From assembly GCF_009914755.1 (NCBI RefSeq), contig NC_060927.1: a DNA stretch of 64,000 nt; one strand, 5' to 3'. The DNA is from the human T2T-CHM13v2.0 reference genome, Homo sapiens. The position numbers were made by a program, and so were the translations under genes. The notes below the pieces were generated by a model. That model was not told the origin of the DNA and did not search any database. It saw only the letters and a list, made by a program, of their open reading frames with translations. Of this stretch, positions 58,449 to 64,000 are shown in pieces. Position 1 is the stretch's first letter. Each line of letters starts with the position of its first letter.

Positions 58449-58736
58449 GGCTGGTTGCGGTGGCTCATGCCTGTAATCCCAGCACCTTGGGAGGCTGAGG
58501 TGGGTGGATCACGAGGTCAAGAGTTTGAGACCAGCCTGGCTAACATAGCAAAACCCCATCTCTACTAAAAATACAAAATTTAGCCAGGCGTTGTGGCATG
58601 CGCCTGTAATCCCAGCTACTCAGGAGGCTGAGGCAAGAGAATCACTTGAATCAGGGAGGCGTACCATTGCACTCCAGCCTGGGTGACAGAGCGAGACTCC
58701 ATCTCCAAAAAAAATAAAAATACAAATAAAAATAAA
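58449..58736 (+). mobile_element. Alu (AluSg-like) with a right-arm internal deletion
   Basis: gggaggc|gtaccattgc lacks ggaggttgcagtgagccgagat. Confidence 0.95.
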
Positions 58737-59419
58737 CTTAATCTCAGTGACCTTTGTCATCCTCCATCCTACCCTGCGTTTGATCCCAGCTGGCTTGACT
58801 CTATCCCTTGAAAGACCAATTTTCTGAATCCCCTGAAAGACAATGTGGAGATTTTCTATGTGTAAACCATTTAATTTTAGTCTGTTCATGGAAACACATC
58901 TCTACAGATTTAAAAGAATTGTTTCATTCATAGCCATTTTTTGGTGAATCAACCTGAGAATCACCTAATGATGGTGAACGGAGACAGAATTGAAAGAATG
59001 AACTTTAAGGTCAAGAATGTTGTTACAGATGCTTACCCTCTGGAAAGCACATGAGGTAGCTGAGAGCAGTGGAGATCATCAGAGGCTAGTTTTAAACTAG
59101 AAAACGCATTTTAATCTAAAGAGAGGCAAAGTGTTTTGTAAGCCATTATACACAAAGTACTTCCTGAAATATTTTTGATCCTCTATCATGGGAAGGCTCA
59201 GTTTCTTACTGTAATGAAGATAGTCTGTGTAAGATGTTCACCTACTTTTGTGTTGTTCCTTGTGGAAATTAGCATTATGAGAAAAATGTTTGTGTGATTT
59301 CACTAAGTTTTCTTTTCTTTTTTTTTTTCAGTAAATTAATACAAACTGATATGCATTTTCAGTAAATAAATTTAATCTTTAAAATAATTTTATAGCTGCC
59401 TTTATGAAAATAATAGTGC

Positions 59420-59630
59420 AAATTTACTAACTGCTGGTAATGTGCTAGGCACTGGACCATTTTGAAGAAAGATTTTTCATTCAGTCTTCATAATGGCTCT
59501 GTGAAGTAGTTAATACTGTTATCTCCATTTTACAGATGGGAAAGTATATCTCAGAGAGAGAGAGCTTATGGAACATTCTCCAATCCATTCAACTAGTTCA
59601 AGTAGTAGAAACTAGGTTTCCAGCCCATAC
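59420..59630 (-). mobile_element. MIR
   Basis: atgtgctaggcactg...ctccattttacagatgggaaa. Confidence 0.75.
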
Positions 59631-59637
59631 CACGTGA

Positions 59638-59918
59638 TTTTTTGTTTCTTCTTTTGAGACAGAGTCTTGCTTTGTTGCCCAGGCTGGAGTGCAGTGGCAC
59701 GATCCTGGCCTACTGTAGCCTCAGCATCCTGGGCTCAAGTGATCTTCCTGCCTCAGTGTCCTGTGTAGCTGCACACCACGATGCCCAGCTAACCTTTTGA
59801 TTTTTTGTAGGGATAGGGTCTTGCTTTGTTGCCTAGGCACATCTCAAACTCCTTGGCTCAAGTGATCCTCTCACTTCAGCCTCCCAAAGCGCTGGGATTA
59901 CAGGCATGAGCCACCATG
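59638..59918 (-). mobile_element. AluJ
   Basis: TSD accacgtgattt / accatgtgattt. Confidence 0.95.
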
Positions 59919-59945
59919 TGATTTCAATGCTGAAATAGGTACCTG

Positions 59946-60263
<318 letters not shown>

Positions 60264-61448
60264 TTATTGATATGTATGTGTATTAATGAATGAAATAAAA
60301 ATTGGGGCTCACTTTGTTCAGTTTTTAATAAGACCATCTTAAGGGGTTAGGCTGGTTAATAACTAAAGAGTAGATACAATACAGCATAAGAATCAAACTC
60401 GATTCAAAACCTTCATTCCCAGTTTCTAATGCAGGGATGTAACAGATGTTCTTACATTTAGACTGTTATCTTGATGGGTGGCACGTCATTATCGTCGACT
60501 GCTGATGAGGTGCAGATGAATGCTGCTGGGAGCCATGTGTGATAGTGGAGGAAGTTCTAATTGGAGTGCTCTCAGTACAGAAAATTTAAGAATTTATCAA
60601 TGTTTTAGGAGATAGCATATTTTGGGAAAGTCAGTGTGTCTGCAAGCTGCTGAAAGATGTTCTTGTAGACTTGTTGAAGAATTATGAACTGCAGGATGCC
60701 AGTTTTTGAAATCCCAATTCCTTTGGTAATAAGTATAAAAATAGCCACTATAAATTGAGCCCCAGGTACTGTTAAACTAACTTAATTCTCATAAGAACCC
60801 CATAAGGTAGTCAATGTCAATATCTCTTTTTAGCATTTTGGGCAAAGTAGATCCAGAGTGATTACCCAGAGTGATTGATTATTGACTGTAGGTGGAAGAG
60901 CCCATTATCTACCGTTAGCTTTGGTAGTCTTAACCGCTATGGCGCAGCTGCCTCTGCAGTTTGGATGGCTCATACAAAAATCCACTTGAGGACTGGGTGA
61001 TACTTTTTTTGGTAAGACAGGTTTTCTTTCATCTAATGAGGTATGTTTTGGAGTCTTTATGTGAAACATTTTCTTCTAAACCATGATTATTAAGGGCAGG
61101 AGCTACGTCTGTGTGTTCACCATTTTATCATCAGGCTTTCAGTGGTGTATAATAAATATTTGTTGATTGGACTTGGATTCTTGAGCGGGGGCATCCAGTT
61201 GGTATGGTTAGGGAACTTTTAAGAGAAACATTTCGTTTATGCAAACAACTCTTAAAGGATGTATCTTTCAAACATTTCTTTGGTGCTGGTCAGGTCACTT
61301 ACTACTGGGCTAATAGGAGTGGTGGTTTCCTCCTTGTTAAAGTTGTCTGTTACCTGAGAGTATTTGGGACTGATAGAGAAGCTGGTGGTGGGGGTGTTAT
61401 TTGCAGAGAAAGCAGCTGGCACTAAGTTTACAGGCTAATTAGAAATGG

Positions 61449-61711
61449 TCACGCCTCTAATCCCAGCACTGTGAGAGGCTGAGGTGGGCAGATCACTTGA
61501 GGTCAGGAGTTCAAGACCAGTCTGGTCAACATGGCAAAACCCCGTCTCTACTAAAAATGCAAAAATCAGCTGGGTGTAGTGGTGCGTGCCTGTAATCCCA
61601 GCTACTGGGAGCTGAGGCGAAAGAATTGCTTGAACCTGGAAGGTGGAGGCTGCAGTGAGCCAAGATTGTGCCACTTCACTCCAGCCCGGGCAACAGAGCA
61701 AGACTCTGTGT

Positions 61712-61742
<31 letters not shown>
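61449..61742 (+). mobile_element. Alu (AluSx/Sz-like), 5'-truncated by ~15 nt
   Basis: Starts tcacgcctctaatcc; ~30-nt poly-A; TSD-like aaatggtc / aaaggtc. Confidence 0.96.
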
Positions 61743-61744
<2 letters not shown>

Positions 61745-61899
61745 TCAGCTTTTATCTTATCTGGTGCTGGAGGAGTTGGAAACTATTTAAAAGAGTAACC
61801 AAATTTAATCTGAAAAAGATGGTTTACTCTGTTGGCAGCTGAGAAATAAAAAGACTGGAGTAAAAATTGGAAAGAGTTCATTAGTAATAACAAAACATT

Positions 61900-62120
61900 T
61901 ATTTTTGGGATCCATGCTATGGTTTTTGACAGTCATCTCTTATTTATTTTCATTTTTCTAACAGCTCTTAGGGTGAAGAACAGTCATTAATTCCCCTTTA
62001 CAGATAATAGAGACTTACTAAAGGTAATCGCCTAACTTAATGTCACCCAGATATTAGATATTAAGTGTCAAAACTGTGATTTCAACTTGGGCTTTATGGC
62101 TCCAGCAATGAGGCTCTTAA
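61900..62120 (-). mobile_element. MIR
   Basis: cccctttacagataatagagac...taacttaatgtcacccag...gatttcaac. Confidence 0.6.
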
Positions 62121-62314
62121 AACATGGTCACAAAGAAAACCTTCTTCCTTGGGATGAATCAGATTTGAGAAGATCAAGGGAGTAACAGCTACCTTTGCCC
62201 TTGGAGATCAGATCCACTTAGTAGCTCTAAGTTATTAATCTTGCTTTTATTTTTTTTTTTAATTGTATGTTAGCGATCCTTTTGTTAAATGCAATGCTAG
62301 CATCCCTCTCTGTC

Positions 62315-62510
62315 AGGAGTTTGAATCTCAGCACCATTGATATTTGGGGCCCCATAAGTCTTTGTTGTAGGAGGGTATCTTGTACATTGTGGAATGGTTA
62401 GCAGTATCTCTGGGCCCTCTGCCCCCATAGCTGTGACAACCAGTGTCTCCAGATGGACGTCGTTAAACATCCCCTAGGGGCAGAATGGATCCCTGATGAG
62501 AATCACTCCT
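62315..62510. mobile_element. MER20
   Basis: ctcagcaccattgatatttgggg...ttgtggaatggttagcagtatctctgg...gagaatcact. Confidence 0.75.
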
Positions 62511-63267
62511 CAGCAGGAAGAAGACAGCAGTAAATTATAAACAGGTAAGTGTTCTAACAGGGCTTCTGAAACTCATGCGTATGAGTCACTTCATAGCTTG
62601 TCACAGTGGTTTTTTCAAGCATTACTCTGACTTAGTTGGTCTGGCTGGGAGCCAAGGGATCTGGAAAGTGATTGATGCAGGGTGTTTCTTGGACCGTACT
62701 TTTAGGGGAAGTAGCCACAAAGAGCTGAACCTCACACCCTTTCATGTAAACTTCCTGCTTAGCAACAGAATAGAGTACCTTCATGGTTATTAAAATGCTT
62801 TTCTCCTTGTCTTTTTATTTTTTCTTAGATCTGCTGGCCTATCTTGCTAGTGATTAAGTTTACAGTTCAGCTAATCATTTGCTCCAGGTTTCCGAGCTTG
62901 TAAAATCGCATGCTGTGCATATAAATGTATAGGATTTTGACCTTAGAAACTGAGGAGCAATTATCCACATGTCTTAAGACAGAGTAGGCCACCTTTTGAC
63001 TTTGAAAGTATCACCAGGAGGGCATTTTATTTTTGAAAGTCAAGTTTTGTGTTTCGAAATATGTTTGTTGGGCTTCTTGGTAGCAGTTTAAGTTTTATTG
63101 TGATTAGGGGCTGAAACAAGTGATAAAAAATGAAGTTTCCTATTTAGTGATGTGATGTCACCTGTTGCTGCAGATGAGAGTTGGTTCTCTTTAAAAATTT
63201 GAAAGTGATACCATTTATATTTCAGGATTCTCACCATGTAATTTCTCTCTTCTGGCTATCAACCTGC

Positions 63268-64000
63268 ACTTTTTAAATTTAAATTTTTATTCAGATTGTA
63301 GGTTCACATACAGTTGTAAAAAATAATACAGAGATATCACTTATATACTTTGCCTAGTTTCCCCAAAGGTAGCATTCTGGTAAAACTATGGTATATCACA
63401 GGATATTGATATGGATATAGTCCACTGATCTTCTTCAGATTTCCTGATTTTAATTTATACTTATTATGTGCATTATGTAGGTGTGTGCATGTGTGTATAA
63501 ATTCTATATAATTTTGTCATTTGCGTAGGTTCATGTATCCACTATCCCAGTCAAGATACTGAACAGTTCCAATACCATAAGGATCCCTCATGTTTCCCTT
63601 TTATAACCACGCCTACCTCCTCCCTCCTCCCATCTCTAACTCCTAGAAACCTCTAATCTGTCTTCATTTCTAAAGCTTTTGTCACTTCAAAAATGTTACA
63701 TAAGTGGAATCATACAATATTTAATCTTTGCAGATTGCTTTTCTTTCACTTGGAATAATTCTCGGGAACTCATCCATTTTGTGTATATCAGTGTTTGTTC
63801 TGTTTTATTGTTGAGTAATATGCCAAGGTGTAGATGTGCCACAGTTTAACCTTTCACTTATTGAAGGATATCTGGACTGATTCCAGTTTTTGGCTATTAC
63901 AGATAAAGCTGCTGGGAACATGTGTGTACAGGTTTTTCTATGAACCTACATTTTCTATTTCTCTGGAATTAATAACCAAGAGTCCAATTGCTGGGTTGTG
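63268..64000 (-). mobile_element. L1MC 3' end, running past the window edge
   Basis: ggttcacatacagttgtaaaaaataatacagagat...cagtcaagatactgaacagttcc...ggaatcataca...ccagtttttggctattacagataaagctgct. Confidence 0.9.

Overview
This is primate, most likely human, non-coding euchromatic DNA. It is AT-rich, CpG-depleted and has no CpG island. It carries about 30 Alu/FLAM copies or fragments (roughly 19 minus, 11 plus), several old L1 fragments, MIR and L2 relics, MaLR (MLT1) LTRs, hAT DNA-transposon MITEs (MER53, MER3, MER1B, MER20) and simple repeats. I found no convincing protein-coding exon, RNA gene, CRISPR array or prokaryotic-type system. The ORF track is explained almost entirely by Alu read-through and chance. 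The + strand is mostly T-rich and most L1/Alu copies are antisense, which fits the inside of one very large intron of a + strand gene; I cannot name the host gene. The most notable items are: (1) a MER53 hairpin with apparently co-varying arms and a miR-1302-like 21-mer; (2) a ~144-bp near-identical direct duplication about 700 bp apart; (3) a nested Alu-in-Alu with both splice sites for an Alu exon; (4) inverted Alus only ~27 bp apart; (5) a ~1.7-kb island of reversed base skew that starts at an orphan Alu tail; and (6) a speculative C/D-box-like segment. Repeat family and subfamily names come from my recall of the consensus sequences, and boundaries are approximate.
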